Shown one piece after another: positions 38,353-47,824 of a stretch of 64,000 nucleotides of DNA (its first letter is position 1; the number at the start of each line of letters is the position of its first letter). The notes beneath the pieces are model-generated. The model did not search any database and was not told the origin of the DNA. It was given only the letters and a program-made list of their open reading frames with translations. A program made the position numbers and the translations under genes. Where the stretch lies: NCBI GenBank assembly GCA_020631975.1, contig JACKGO010000001.1, positions 131,409-195,408 of the forward strand. Reading direction: 5' to 3'. The DNA is from Candidatus Nomurabacteria bacterium (GTDB taxonomy: Bacteria > Patescibacteriota > Saccharimonadia > Saccharimonadales > CAIOMD01).

Positions 38353-39576
38353 TTATAACCAACCAAACAAACGCTCGAACAAACTTGGTGCGTTTCCGGG
38401 TACGATATCGGGCGTATTTGCTACTTGGTTAGCCGTGCTAGCAGCTACGTTGCCATTAGGGTTCGGCGATATTTGCTCGGCGCGCACAACCAGCCTATTA
38501 ATACTTGTACCAGGTGGGTCACACGTAATCAGGCTTAAAGAAGCCGTTTTATCTGTTGGCCCAAGCACACCAACATCACTCGGTTTAACGATGACTTTCT
38601 CGTATACCTTATACACATAGCGCTTGCCGCCATATTGCATCGTTATGGTGTCGCCTTCTTGCAGTTTGTTTAGTAGTACAAATGCAAACTTGTACTTACC
38701 TCTGTTGAGTAGATTATTCGATGAGTGCCCGACTATCACTACATTACCATTCTGCCCTGGCACAGGAGTGCTCGGATAGTGCACAACGCCGTTTTCCAGG
38801 GCCGCTTGAACAGCTTTTTCTTCATTGGTAGTCATGTCATAGACAACTGGTACATCAACATTGATTTTAGGAATAATAACTTTTGATTCTGGCCCGACTT
38901 GCTCATTTGGATTTATGATTATTGGCGATGCGCTCGCCGTGCGGCTTGGTGTAATAAAGGGCGCAATAAATCGCTCATTAAAAAAGCTGAGCATGACGAC
39001 GGCTACTACAATCATACCCATGCTCAAACCAAACAAAAGCGACTGTAAATGGTGTTTAGGGCTTAGCTTGCCGCGGGCAGTCACCTTATCTAGTAACTCT
39101 GTCTTGGCAGTTTCCATTGATTTTTTATTTAACGAAGAACGTGGTTTTAACGAACGCCTCCGAGACATGCGCGGGCTAGATAACGGGGCTAGTTGCTTGC
39201 TGGCTGGTAATACCGATGATGTTGCTTGACTTGCTTTTTTACTTTTGTCGTAGGCACTATAAAACTCATTCCATACTTGGTGTTTTTCTGTATCTGGTAA
39301 CGATTGATAATACGAGTGCCATTCTGTTTGAATTGTAGCCAAGTCTTGGCCAGAGTCCATGAGCTTTTTAATATATTTTTGATGTTTCGAATGTGCCCCT
39401 GTTGCAATAATCTCCTGCTCTTCTTGCAATGCCGATGGCTCTTTGGCGTATATAGAGCTAACTTTATTCCGTATCAAATCCAGCGCCGCTTTTGTTTGTG
39501 GCTTTTCTTCTGGCAAATCATCACTGGGTGATGACTGTGGTGTCGGTAATGGTAGTGATTGATCAAATTTAGGCAT
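38353..39576 (-). CDS. Sortase (class E-like) with a long N-terminal region
   Basis: VIVGHSS (His), SLITCDPPG (TLxTC Cys) and NRLVVRAE (Arg). Confidence 0.8.
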   Translation of the reverse strand: MPKFDQSLPLPTPQSSPSDDLPEEKPQTKAALDLIRNKVSSIYAKEPSALQEEQEIIATGAHSKHQKYIKKLMDSGQDLATIQTEWHSYYQSLPDTEKHQVWNEFYSAYDKSKKASQATSSVLPASKQLAPLSSPRMSRRRSLKPRSSLNKKSMETAKTELLDKVTARGKLSPKHHLQSLLFGLSMGMIVVAVVMLSFFNERFIAPFITPSRTASASPIIINPNEQVGPESKVIIPKINVDVPVVYDMTTNEEKAVQAALENGVVHYPSTPVPGQNGNVVIVGHSSNNLLNRGKYKFAFVLLNKLQEGDTITMQYGGKRYVYKVYEKVIVKPSDVGVLGPTDKTASLSLITCDPPGTSINRLVVRAEQISPNPNGNVAASTANQVANTPDIVPGNAPSLFERLFGWL

Positions 39577-39689
39577 GCGAGTACCTTTTTAGGCTTTAGC
39601 TATCTTTATAATTATAGTACAATAGCTGTGCTTTAGCGACACGTACTAGGTGCTAATGCAAGGGTTGTACATCATCGGTTATATTTGGC

Positions 39690-39776
39690 GCCGCAGTGGC
39701 GGAATTGGTAGACGCGCTAGACTCAAAATCTTGTGAGCTTATGCTCGTGCCGGTTCAAGTCCGGCCTGCGGTACCA
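39690..39776 (+). tRNA. tRNA-Leu (anticodon CAA), CCA encoded
   Basis: Hand fold: acceptor GCCGCAG/CTGCGGT, anticodon loop CTCAAAA, long variable arm GAGC/GCTC, T arm GCCGG-TTCAAGT-CCGGC. Close to E. coli tRNA-Leu(CAA). Confidence 0.9.
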
Positions 39777-39840
39777 TATCTAACTGATAAGTTTATTATA
39801 ACATTTTATAAGTAAAAAAGCTACTATTTATAGTGGGGTG

Positions 39841-40620
39841 TTATTGGGTTATGCTCGTCGTGATTGCTTTAAATAATTGCGAAGGCTGTTGCATTGCCCA
39901 CACTGCTGCTGTAATTGCAATTATTTGGCTGCTTGGCGGTGATTCGATTGGTTTGGTAATACTCACCTGCCCCCTGCAGGCAACATACACAGCGTGATTG
40001 TAACTGAGCAGTACAGACGCTGAATAGTCATTACTGAACGCTTCTAGCCACGTTACAAGCGCTTTAAGGGGCATCGTTGCGGTCAAAGGTTCTGCTACGC
40101 CAATGTTCATGGCTATTTTTTGTAACTGTGTAAATTGCGGAACAATCAGCGTACTTTTTCTATGTAAGAGTAAATGTGGAGTATCTATAAATGAGTCAAG
40201 ATTTTCACCTTCTACTACGAGCATGGTGCTTATGTGAGTGCAAAAATCAATGAGCGCCATGGTGGTTTCGCTATTTTTACTCATATCGCCAGCTAAATAG
40301 ATAATGTCAGCCCACTCTGCATACTGCAAGAGTGTGGTTACAGCCTCTTTTGCAAAGCTTCCGCTGGGTGTGCTGGGTGCAAACATAATATCTGGCGTCG
40401 CGGTACGCGGAAAATACCGTTTCGCTGCATCTGGGAGCACAACCCTCACCTCGCCTGCACCTTTATTTATGGCGATCCTATACGCTTCATTGGGCGCAGC
40501 AATACTGTGGCTATTTCCACCTATAATAAGCAGTTTACCTGCGAGCGCTTTTGTTTCTGGCTTGTTCCATATAAGTTCTGGATATAGCGGACTAAGCGTG
40601 GTTTGGGTGACGTAAGGCAT
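39841..40620 (-). CDS. YjeF C-terminal-like (NAD(P)HX dehydratase / carbohydrate kinase fold) protein
   Basis: GKLLIIGGNSHSIAAPNEAYRIAINKGAGEVRVVLP resembles the YjeF_C N-terminal motif. Confidence 0.45.
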   Translation of the reverse strand: MPYVTQTTLSPLYPELIWNKPETKALAGKLLIIGGNSHSIAAPNEAYRIAINKGAGEVRVVLPDAAKRYFPRTATPDIMFAPSTPSGSFAKEAVTTLLQYAEWADIIYLAGDMSKNSETTMALIDFCTHISTMLVVEGENLDSFIDTPHLLLHRKSTLIVPQFTQLQKIAMNIGVAEPLTATMPLKALVTWLEAFSNDYSASVLLSYNHAVYVACRGQVSITKPIESPPSSQIIAITAAVWAMQQPSQLFKAITTSITQ

Positions 40621-40624
40621 GGCG

Positions 40625-41341
40625 TTACGCTACCACGTATCCTTTGTTTGTGTGATCTAGTTCATACACAACGTTTTTCCGTTCAACAACTATTTTCCAG
40701 CCATGTTTTTTTGCGTGGGCGTACAGTGCGGCTTCTGGATTAAAAGCAATTGGTTGAGCAACTAACTCTAGCATAGCAATATCGCTGACACTATCGCCAA
40801 CTGCAATGCTACCTGTAAAACTGGCACCGTAGGTACTAACAAGCTCGCGAAGTGCGGTATCTTTACTATGCACAGGTGATTCAACATGGCCAGTGTATTT
40901 GCCCTCTATGGTAATGAGCTTTGCACCAACAGCCGCATCAAAACCGTGATAGGCGGCAAGTTTTTGTACAATTTCATCTTGTGAACCTGATATAGCAAAT
41001 AGCAAGTAGCCCGCTTTTTTTAGTTGTTGAAGTAGGCTGCGTGTATACACAAATAGTTGATCCTTATATATGTCAAACACTTTTTCTACTGCTCTATGAT
41101 ATTGTTCTGGTGGTATAGTTTGTAGCGCTACCATGTATTCCCCAAGCAACAAAGTTTCATATTCTTTAAACGAATCAGGGTTACCTCTGTTCTTCCATTT
41201 CATTCGTGCATTTCTGATTTTTTGATGCGAGGTTTCGTCCATGTAACCTTGTTTGCCAAGCTCGTGAACAATCGCATGAAATAACTGCCAACGTATAAGC
41301 GTGCCATCTATATCAAAAACCGCAAACTTTGCTTGTTTCAT
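40625..41341 (-). CDS. HAD-IB family hydrolase (SerB-like)
   Basis: FAVFDIDGTLI and VGDSVSDIAML. Confidence 0.75.
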   Translation of the reverse strand: MKQAKFAVFDIDGTLIRWQLFHAIVHELGKQGYMDETSHQKIRNARMKWKNRGNPDSFKEYETLLLGEYMVALQTIPPEQYHRAVEKVFDIYKDQLFVYTRSLLQQLKKAGYLLFAISGSQDEIVQKLAAYHGFDAAVGAKLITIEGKYTGHVESPVHSKDTALRELVSTYGASFTGSIAVGDSVSDIAMLELVAQPIAFNPEAALYAHAKKHGWKIVVERKNVVYELDHTNKGYVVA

Positions 41342-41381
41342 AGGGCGAACCCTTCAGTGCAAGTAGTTATTCGTAGATGTA

Positions 41382-42182
41382 TCATGGAGTAATCTCTATA
41401 CTTACTGGGCAATGGTCGCTTCCCATGACGCTGGCGTGTATCTGTGCGCTTTTAAGCCGTTTTTTTAGCCTTGGGCTGACCATGATGTAATCTATCCGCC
41501 AACCGACGTTACGGGCGCGAGCGTTGGCCCAGTGAGTCCACCATGTGTAATAACCGTTGCCTTCTGGCGTAAATAGGCGGAAGCTATCTATGTAACCGGC
41601 ATCAATGAATTTTTGAAAGCCTTCCCTCTCTTCGTTAGTAAAGCCGTGCTTACCAATATTGCCTTTGGGGTTAGCTAGGTCATTTTCGGTATGCGCAACA
41701 TTTAAATCGCCACAAAAAATGACCGGTTTGGTTTGCTCTAAGTGGCTAATATATTCAAAAAAGACTGGGTCCCAAAGACGATACCGTAGCTCTAGCCTAC
41801 TTAAATCGCCTTTTGTGTTTGGTGTGTAAACGGTTACAAAATAAAAATCATCAAGTTCGATGGTAGTGATACGCCCTTCCTTTAAGACATCACCGTAGGC
41901 GTCTTCAAAGCTACCAAAGCCATCGCTAATGGCGCTTGGTGCGCCGTAAATAACACTTTTTGGAGTAATTTTGGTAAAAATTGCCGTGCCACTGTAACCT
42001 TTTTTTTCGGCACTGTTCCAGTATTCACTATATTCAGGCAAATCAATTTCTGCTTGCCCTTGCATGGCTTTTGTTTCTTGCAAGCCTAAAATATCGGGCT
42101 TTTCTTGGGCGATAAACGCTTGAAAGGCACCTTTATTAACAACCGCCCTAATTCCATTAACATTCCAACTGTAAATCTTCAT
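41382..42182 (-). CDS. xth: Exodeoxyribonuclease III
   Basis: MKIYSWNVNGIRA, LGLQETK, GDLNVAH and SDHCPV. Confidence 0.9.
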   Translation of the reverse strand: MKIYSWNVNGIRAVVNKGAFQAFIAQEKPDILGLQETKAMQGQAEIDLPEYSEYWNSAEKKGYSGTAIFTKITPKSVIYGAPSAISDGFGSFEDAYGDVLKEGRITTIELDDFYFVTVYTPNTKGDLSRLELRYRLWDPVFFEYISHLEQTKPVIFCGDLNVAHTENDLANPKGNIGKHGFTNEEREGFQKFIDAGYIDSFRLFTPEGNGYYTWWTHWANARARNVGWRIDYIMVSPRLKKRLKSAQIHASVMGSDHCPVSIEITP

Positions 42183-42216
42183 GTAATAATTATAGCCTTA
42201 AAATAGAGTTTCTTAT

Positions 42217-42474
42217 TCAAGAGCATGTGTTTGATAAATACTTTTCTTCTAGATACCGTGTAATTGCTGTTTCACCAATTACTTTGCACGTTAATGTAAC
42301 AAGAGTCGGGTCCTTGTAAGCATCGCTGTCTATGGTGCATGTAGCGATAATTGACCCGTTATTTCTGACTTGTTGAATAACGTTATGTAATGCGGCAGTA
42401 ATCTCGTTAGTAAAAATTGAACCTGCCACATTAGGCTCTGGCCTCGCTTCCGGAAAAAACATTGCCGTACTCAT
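42217..42474 (-). CDS. Hypothetical 85-aa protein
   Basis: ORF only. Confidence 0.4.
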   Translation of the reverse strand: MSTAMFFPEARPEPNVAGSIFTNEITAALHNVIQQVRNNGSIIATCTIDSDAYKDPTLVTLTCKVIGETAITRYLEEKYLSNTCS

Positions 42475-42523
42475 TTCTATACATAGTATACTCCTTGTTG
42501 GCTCGTGGCTCGATTTTTACTAT

Positions 42524-42547
42524 TAAAAAAACACCATATTAAGGTGT
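42524..42547 (-). terminator. Intrinsic terminator of the orphan transcription unit
   Basis: Minus strand ACACC-ttaatat-GGTGT followed by TTTTTTT. Confidence 0.55.
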
Positions 42548-42605
42548 ATGTATTCATGTTTGAATGTTGTGTTGCCGGAGGGCTCGGGCGAGTTAATTAA
42601 TGATC

Positions 42606-42653
42606 TCATGCACCGATTGCGAACAAAATCACAATCAAAATGGTCCAAAGCAT
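42606..42653 (-). CDS. 15-aa hydrophobic micro-ORF (MLWTILIVILFAIGA)
   Basis: Own translation. AAAGGAG (42667-42661) lies 7 nt upstream of the ATG; TGA stop. Not in the ORF track because it is too short. Confidence 0.4.
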   Translation of the reverse strand: MLWTILIVILFAIGA

Positions 42654-42975
42654 AGGACGACTCCTTTCTGTGACTGGTACTGTGCTTCCCAGATCACGCA
42701 CTGCTTACTCTTAGCAAGCAATAAGCACTGATGCGATCTGGGAAATGTTCAACAGTATTTTTAGATTTAACTAACCGAGTAGCCAATGACCTTCGTTCAT
42801 TTGTTGAAGCGTCTATCTTGTACCTGGTTTAGTTTCTCTTTTTGGTTCCTGAATCGCTAACTGAGCACCTTAGTGTACTGCAAGGTCGGTGCGCACTATA
42901 TGAGCCAGGAATATCACTAGAAAAGAGCCTGATATTTTTGTTTAATCGCTACTTTAATTAAATAGCGTGAGAACC

Positions 42976-43004
42976 ATTATAGTACAAAATACTATAAATG
43001 TCAA
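42976..43004 (-). promoter_or_regulatory. Consensus sigma-70 promoter
   Basis: Minus strand TTGACA (43004-42999), 17-nt spacer, TATAAT (42981-42976). Confidence 0.6.
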
Positions 43005-43030
43005 TAGTTATACTCATTTAGCAGGCATCG

Positions 43031-43523
43031 TTAGGGTGTATGTGCACCGGCGGCAGCTTTTGAAAGAAGTTCGTTTATGTCTAGCTTATGCTCATGATGG
43101 ATAATGCCCACTGTACTGAACATTTTAATAGATAAATCAAAAGAATCTATCCATCGTTGGCGTAATTCGGGCTGCGGTGTGACAAAATGAACTTCGGCGA
43201 CTCCTGCTTGAATCATCAGTTTAGTGCAGTCAGAACACGGGTGATGAGTAACGTAAGCAATGCAGCCATTCAGTGCTGCGCTGCGCGCGGCAGCATTAGG
43301 TAGTGGCGTTTTGTTCAGCATGTATAGTCAGTGCGTATTTGTCTGTACGTGACATAGTGGCAATAGTTTCGTCTGGCCAGTGGCGTGGAAAACCGTTATA
43401 ACCCTGTGCTAGTACATCCCCTCGCTGGGCATCTACCATAATACAGCCTACTTTCGTAGAGGGATCTTTGCTTTTGAGTGCAACTGCCGCGCTTAGGATT
43501 AAATACCATTCATGTTTTGTCAC
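43031..43523 (-). pseudogene. dCMP (deoxycytidylate) deaminase interrupted by a frameshift
   Basis: The upstream ORF ends TIHAEQNATT* (HAExNA zinc motif). The downstream ORF in another frame carries HHPCSDCTKLMIQAGV (PCxxC). The join is near 43296-43321. Confidence 0.75.
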
Positions 43524-43573
43524 ACGTACTGTATTCTTATGTTTATACAGCTATTGTAGCGCTTTTCGGCTAT

Positions 43574-44041
43574 TTATTGGTACTTTTTAAGATCTCGTTT
43601 TGCGTCGCGGTGAGTATCACGCTCTTTTATTTTGGCACGCTTGTCGTAAGCTTTTTTGCCCTTAGCGGTGGCAATGCGCACCTTAATGTAGCGGCCTTTG
43701 GTGAGGAGTGCCAATGGCACAATGGCATTCCCCTGATCTTTTGCGGCAATAATATCGGCTAATTCACGTCTTTTTAACAGTAGTTTGCGGGCTCTGGTTT
43801 GTTGATCTTCGGTTAAATGTGCGGCATTAGTGTTCATGGGCATAATCTGTAAATTATTGAGCCATGCTTCGCCATTTTTAATGGTTACAAAAGCTCCCCG
43901 CAAACTCCCCCTGCTAAAGCGGAGGCTTTTAGTTTCTGGGCCATTAAGCACAATACCAGCAAGGTATTCGGTTTTAATATCATAATCAAACCGCGCTTTC
44001 TTATTTGTAATTGTACTTCGTGTGGGCTTTTTTTGCTTCAT
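43574..44041 (-). CDS. smpB: SsrA-binding protein
   Basis: NKKARFDYDI..LAGIVLNGPETKSLR and GKKAYDKR are typical of SmpB. Confidence 0.9.
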   Translation of the reverse strand: MKQKKPTRSTITNKKARFDYDIKTEYLAGIVLNGPETKSLRFSRGSLRGAFVTIKNGEAWLNNLQIMPMNTNAAHLTEDQQTRARKLLLKRRELADIIAAKDQGNAIVPLALLTKGRYIKVRIATAKGKKAYDKRAKIKERDTHRDAKRDLKKYQ

Positions 44042-44109
44042 ACCGTATGTATTGTAGCAATCATTCCGCTTATTGTAAAAATAATATAATTGTGCTATAA
44101 TAAGTCACC

Positions 44110-45147
44110 ATGAAAAACACTCAACCCAGCGTAGCGAATAGCTGCTACTCACAAGATTATTATCCAGCAACCGGTATATATGCACCACCAACAGAAATTA
44201 GTGACGAACATACCAGCGCGAAACTAGATGAAATTCCCATGGGAACATTACTAAATGTGCCACACCCTACTGTGGTGGATCTATCTGATGGTTCACAAAT
44301 TCGCCTTTATAATGTTACGCCAAGGGGTGACTATGACGAATCACGCACAATTGTGTATGTGCCGGAATTTGCAGCCGGCATGGTGCCACATCGTGACGCA
44401 GCAGCGCTCGCTATAGCAGAAGTTTTGGGGTGCCGTGTTATTGTAGCCCCACATAACGAACTGAGTACAACGCGGCAAGAGCGGGCACAGCTCCGTGCTG
44501 GAAACGTAGGTTTCATTGCAGCCCGCCTGGCAGAAGCTCTAGCTAAGGTGTTGCCAGTAGGCCAAGACACAACAATTTATGGGTATAGCTTTGGTGCACA
44601 AATTGCACCTGACTTGTCAGGAGAAGTAAGCCGTCATGGGGTGCTAGATCACAAAAAGCTCGCACTACTAGAGCCACCAAACACGGTTGAACGCAGCATG
44701 TACCAATTACTAAAAGATTTTTCGAAGGCCGGTACTGAACAGTGGTTGCAGGCGACGCGAGATTCGCGCTGGCAAGCCCTGATTGAACTCGTAGACAGTA
44801 CGTACGTGCACGAAGATGCGGGACGGTTTATTAGACAAGCACGTAGCTTAGCCAGCTTAGCGATGATTGGCGCAATGAAACGCGGCACATTTGCTGCAGA
44901 TTTATTGGCTGCGCACCAGGCGCTGCCGCCAGATGCACGGACTACCCTTGGCTACGTAGAAAATAGCGCGATGGTAGCACCATTTGGGCTTGAAGACGCG
45001 CTAGACGCTGTACAAGCCAGCAGTAATAATCCTGATGCTATTCGCCTTGTAAGATTTACATCTGGATCAGAGGCAAAAGGCGTTGGTCATGCTGGTGGGA
45101 ACAACCCATTGGTCGCGATATCTTTACTTGAAAAAACTACTGAGTAG
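44110..45147 (+). CDS. Hypothetical protein, possible alpha/beta-hydrolase fold
   Basis: 345 aa with IYGYSFGAQ (GxSxG-like). More GC-rich than its neighbours. Confidence 0.4.
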   Translation: MKNTQPSVANSCYSQDYYPATGIYAPPTEISDEHTSAKLDEIPMGTLLNVPHPTVVDLSDGSQIRLYNVTPRGDYDESRTIVYVPEFAAGMVPHRDAAALAIAEVLGCRVIVAPHNELSTTRQERAQLRAGNVGFIAARLAEALAKVLPVGQDTTIYGYSFGAQIAPDLSGEVSRHGVLDHKKLALLEPPNTVERSMYQLLKDFSKAGTEQWLQATRDSRWQALIELVDSTYVHEDAGRFIRQARSLASLAMIGAMKRGTFAADLLAAHQALPPDARTTLGYVENSAMVAPFGLEDALDAVQASSNNPDAIRLVRFTSGSEAKGVGHAGGNNPLVAISLLEKTTE

Positions 45148-46246
45148 ATAATGCTTTGGCTTTTTCTTCACGGACAGCTTCCCAAAGACTTGGGTCGTCT
45201 TGGGTTTGCTTGCGCCAATACCACCACTCCCCACCCCATAAATCGATATCTCTAAAACCAGTCGCTACACCATATTGTATGCGTTCACGTAACCGATCGG
45301 CATTCATTGATTTGTCTTGTTCTTCTATACTTACTGTTTTAACGTCGGTGGGTGTCCAGGGTTCGGCTTGGAGTTCGTGGAGCATTGAATCTTTGCCTGT
45401 TAAGATTTCTTGTAGCCCCGCTCGCCAGCTGTAATACCACGATGGAAACGGATATTCAAAATAGCGTTTGGTTACGGTTTGTTCCCAGACGCGTTTATAC
45501 ACAGATACTCCTACTTGATCTGGCTGTGGTTGGCCAGTCGCAACACCAAAGTAGTTATTGGCATAGCTTAATATTATTGGCGTATTAGGGTCTAGATTTT
45601 TCACAAAATTAAATTCGTCTATGAGGCGTTCTCGTTCGGCACCGTAATGACCGCATTCACCAAATACACCCAAGAAAAACTCATTTTCTAGTTGATAACT
45701 TGTAAGGGCTGGGTTGTCGCCGTATCTTTCTATGACAGCTTGCATAAACTGCTTTAGTTGTGGGTACCATACATCTTTATCTTCTGCTTTTACCCACTGT
45801 GGTGCGTGGCACTCTGGCCAACGTGGCTGTCGTAAACCAATCGCCAGCGACACTTCACCGCCGACTTCATTGACTTTTTCAAATTGCCAATCTAGTTCAC
45901 TAAAATCATACTGGCCTGGTGACTTTTCTATATCTTTCCAGTAGCTAACTAACCGAAAGCGTTTAAAACCAAGGTCATCGCGCAGGGCGAGCATTGTTTC
46001 TTGTGGGTCAAGCTCAAAAAAGCGAGCGTAGTTAGGGATAAAAGTAACACCAAATGTTATTGGCTCGCTACTGTGCTTTTTTTGGTACCAATAACCTATC
46101 GCGTAGGCTTGTGCTACAAAAGCTATACAAAAAATGATAATAATCAGTAACGATTTCTTCCATACAGAAAGTGACCTAAATGCAGCGAACGCGCGTTTAA
46201 AGGCACTTTTTTTACTTGCTTGCTTGGGATGTTTTTTCGTATTCAT
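45137..46246 (-). CDS. Membrane-anchored glycoside hydrolase (clan GH-A TIM barrel, cellulase/GH5-42-like)
   Basis: Start at MNTKKHPK; one TM. YQLENEFFLG contains the NE acid/base motif. WKDIEKSPGQYDF. Confidence 0.55.
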   Translation of the reverse strand: MNTKKHPKQASKKSAFKRAFAAFRSLSVWKKSLLIIIIFCIAFVAQAYAIGYWYQKKHSSEPITFGVTFIPNYARFFELDPQETMLALRDDLGFKRFRLVSYWKDIEKSPGQYDFSELDWQFEKVNEVGGEVSLAIGLRQPRWPECHAPQWVKAEDKDVWYPQLKQFMQAVIERYGDNPALTSYQLENEFFLGVFGECGHYGAERERLIDEFNFVKNLDPNTPIILSYANNYFGVATGQPQPDQVGVSVYKRVWEQTVTKRYFEYPFPSWYYSWRAGLQEILTGKDSMLHELQAEPWTPTDVKTVSIEEQDKSMNADRLRERIQYGVATGFRDIDLWGGEWWYWRKQTQDDPSLWEAVREEKAKALSTQ

Positions 46247-46293
46247 AGTGGTAATACCTATTATTATACATGGTACAATAAGAGCTAACGATA

Positions 46294-47127
46294 ATGAGTG
46301 CAAAACCACCAACTATATCTGTTGTTGTACCAGTGTATAATGACGAACCGTATGTCAAAGCGTGCTTAGGTGCGTTGCAAGCTCAAACTGTTACACCTCA
46401 TGAAATACTATTTGTAGATAATAATTGCACAGATGGTTCTATGGCAATCGCTCGGCGCTATAAAAACGTAAAAATACTGCACGAGCCTAAACAGGGCTTA
46501 ACTTATGCGCGTAATACTGGGCTTAATATGGCAACTGGTGATATTTTGCTGCGTATAGACGCTGACACAGTATTACCACCAACATATATAGAACGTCTAC
46601 AGCAACTCGCGGTTGCGCACCCTGATGTGGCTGGATTTAGTGGCTATGGCGTATCGCGTTATGAATTTATTCCAAAAATATCACTCTTATGGGCGTGGAG
46701 CTACTTTGCATTTACAAAAGCGTACCTCGCATACCCTGTGCTATGGGGGGCGAATATGGCGATCCGTAAACAATACTGGCACAAGGCGAAAAAATACCTC
46801 ATAAATAACGATATGGCTGTGCACGAAGACCAAGATGTGAGCCTTGCTATAGCCAGTGTTGGCGGGCGGGTCTTAGTAACGAGGCAATTAACTGTATCGG
46901 TGCAGATGAAAGCGATGTTTGAATATGCTAGGTATCGTAAGTATGGACTGATGCTACAACTTTTAAAGCGTTTAGACAAAGAGCACCCACGCTACCAGCT
47001 TGCTACACGAGTGCCGCCTTTAGCGTGGCCAAAACGGGCTCTATATTGGGTGGCGACGGTGTGGGCGGTTTATGCGTTTTATCTTGTAACGTTTGCATAC
47101 GAGCTTATGCGTAAACTACGCCGCTAA
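46294..47127 (+). CDS. Glycosyltransferase family 2
   Basis: ISVVVPVYNDEPYV, FVDNNCTDGS and RIDADT (DxD-type). Confidence 0.85.
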   Translation: MSAKPPTISVVVPVYNDEPYVKACLGALQAQTVTPHEILFVDNNCTDGSMAIARRYKNVKILHEPKQGLTYARNTGLNMATGDILLRIDADTVLPPTYIERLQQLAVAHPDVAGFSGYGVSRYEFIPKISLLWAWSYFAFTKAYLAYPVLWGANMAIRKQYWHKAKKYLINNDMAVHEDQDVSLAIASVGGRVLVTRQLTVSVQMKAMFEYARYRKYGLMLQLLKRLDKEHPRYQLATRVPPLAWPKRALYWVATVWAVYAFYLVTFAYELMRKLRR

Positions 47128-47735
47128 AGTTCGTTCGTTTTTGGGCGGTCACCATTAGGGTTGGTAATGTCACACTGCCCGCCCCAAACGCCACGATTGT
47201 TTTGGCGAGCATCTACTTGGGCGAGACGGAATTCTTCAGCTTTTGTAAATGGAAAACTAAGGTACGCAAAGCCAAATCCCTCGCGAATAATTTGCTCATT
47301 TACTAGTGTTCCCTCTTGCGTGTACACATAGCGAAGTAGGCGGTCATAGCGATCACGGTTTTGGTTAATAGGGTCAGATTCTAGCCGTACCGTTTTAGCA
47401 CTAAGCAGTGACTTTAAGTTATTACTGGCAGCAACACCATAGCATTCTACGGGGCTGTTAGGTTTGATTGTCTCTGGTGTGTCCACACCAATAAGTCTGA
47501 CTTTCTCTTCACGACCGTCCATTTTGACTGAAATTGTATCACCATCAAATACGTGACTCACCAAATAAAAACCTGGCTTGGGTGGCAGCTCTACACTTTT
47601 TTGTTGAGGTAATACGCGGACTATCCCAGATATGAGTACTATTGCAGCAAGTCCCCCTACAATCGCTACGCTACTAAGCAGCAGCTTTGCTCTTGATTTT
47701 GGGGGTGTTTGAATAGGCGCTTTAGAAGAATGCAT
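47124..47735 (-). CDS. Secreted thermonuclease (SNase) family nuclease
   Basis: VFDGDTISV, VRLIGVDTPE and DRYDRLLRYVY, with an N-terminal anchor. Confidence 0.8.
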   Translation of the reverse strand: MHSSKAPIQTPPKSRAKLLLSSVAIVGGLAAIVLISGIVRVLPQQKSVELPPKPGFYLVSHVFDGDTISVKMDGREEKVRLIGVDTPETIKPNSPVECYGVAASNNLKSLLSAKTVRLESDPINQNRDRYDRLLRYVYTQEGTLVNEQIIREGFGFAYLSFPFTKAEEFRLAQVDARQNNRGVWGGQCDITNPNGDRPKTNEL

Positions 47736-47824
47736 TGATTATATCTTACGGTAGGGACAAATGAGCTACAATAGGTACAGTTACGCAAAGGCGTGCGTAT
47801 ATCTTTGCAAAGGAATTAAAATAT

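Noticed and set aside
42475-44109. Expectation of tmRNA (ssrA) next to smpB
   Set aside because: On neither strand did I find a tRNA-like 3' end (GGTTCGAnTCC...CCACCA), a GGGGCTGA 5' end or an alanine-rich tag ORF. ssrA is presumably elsewhere.
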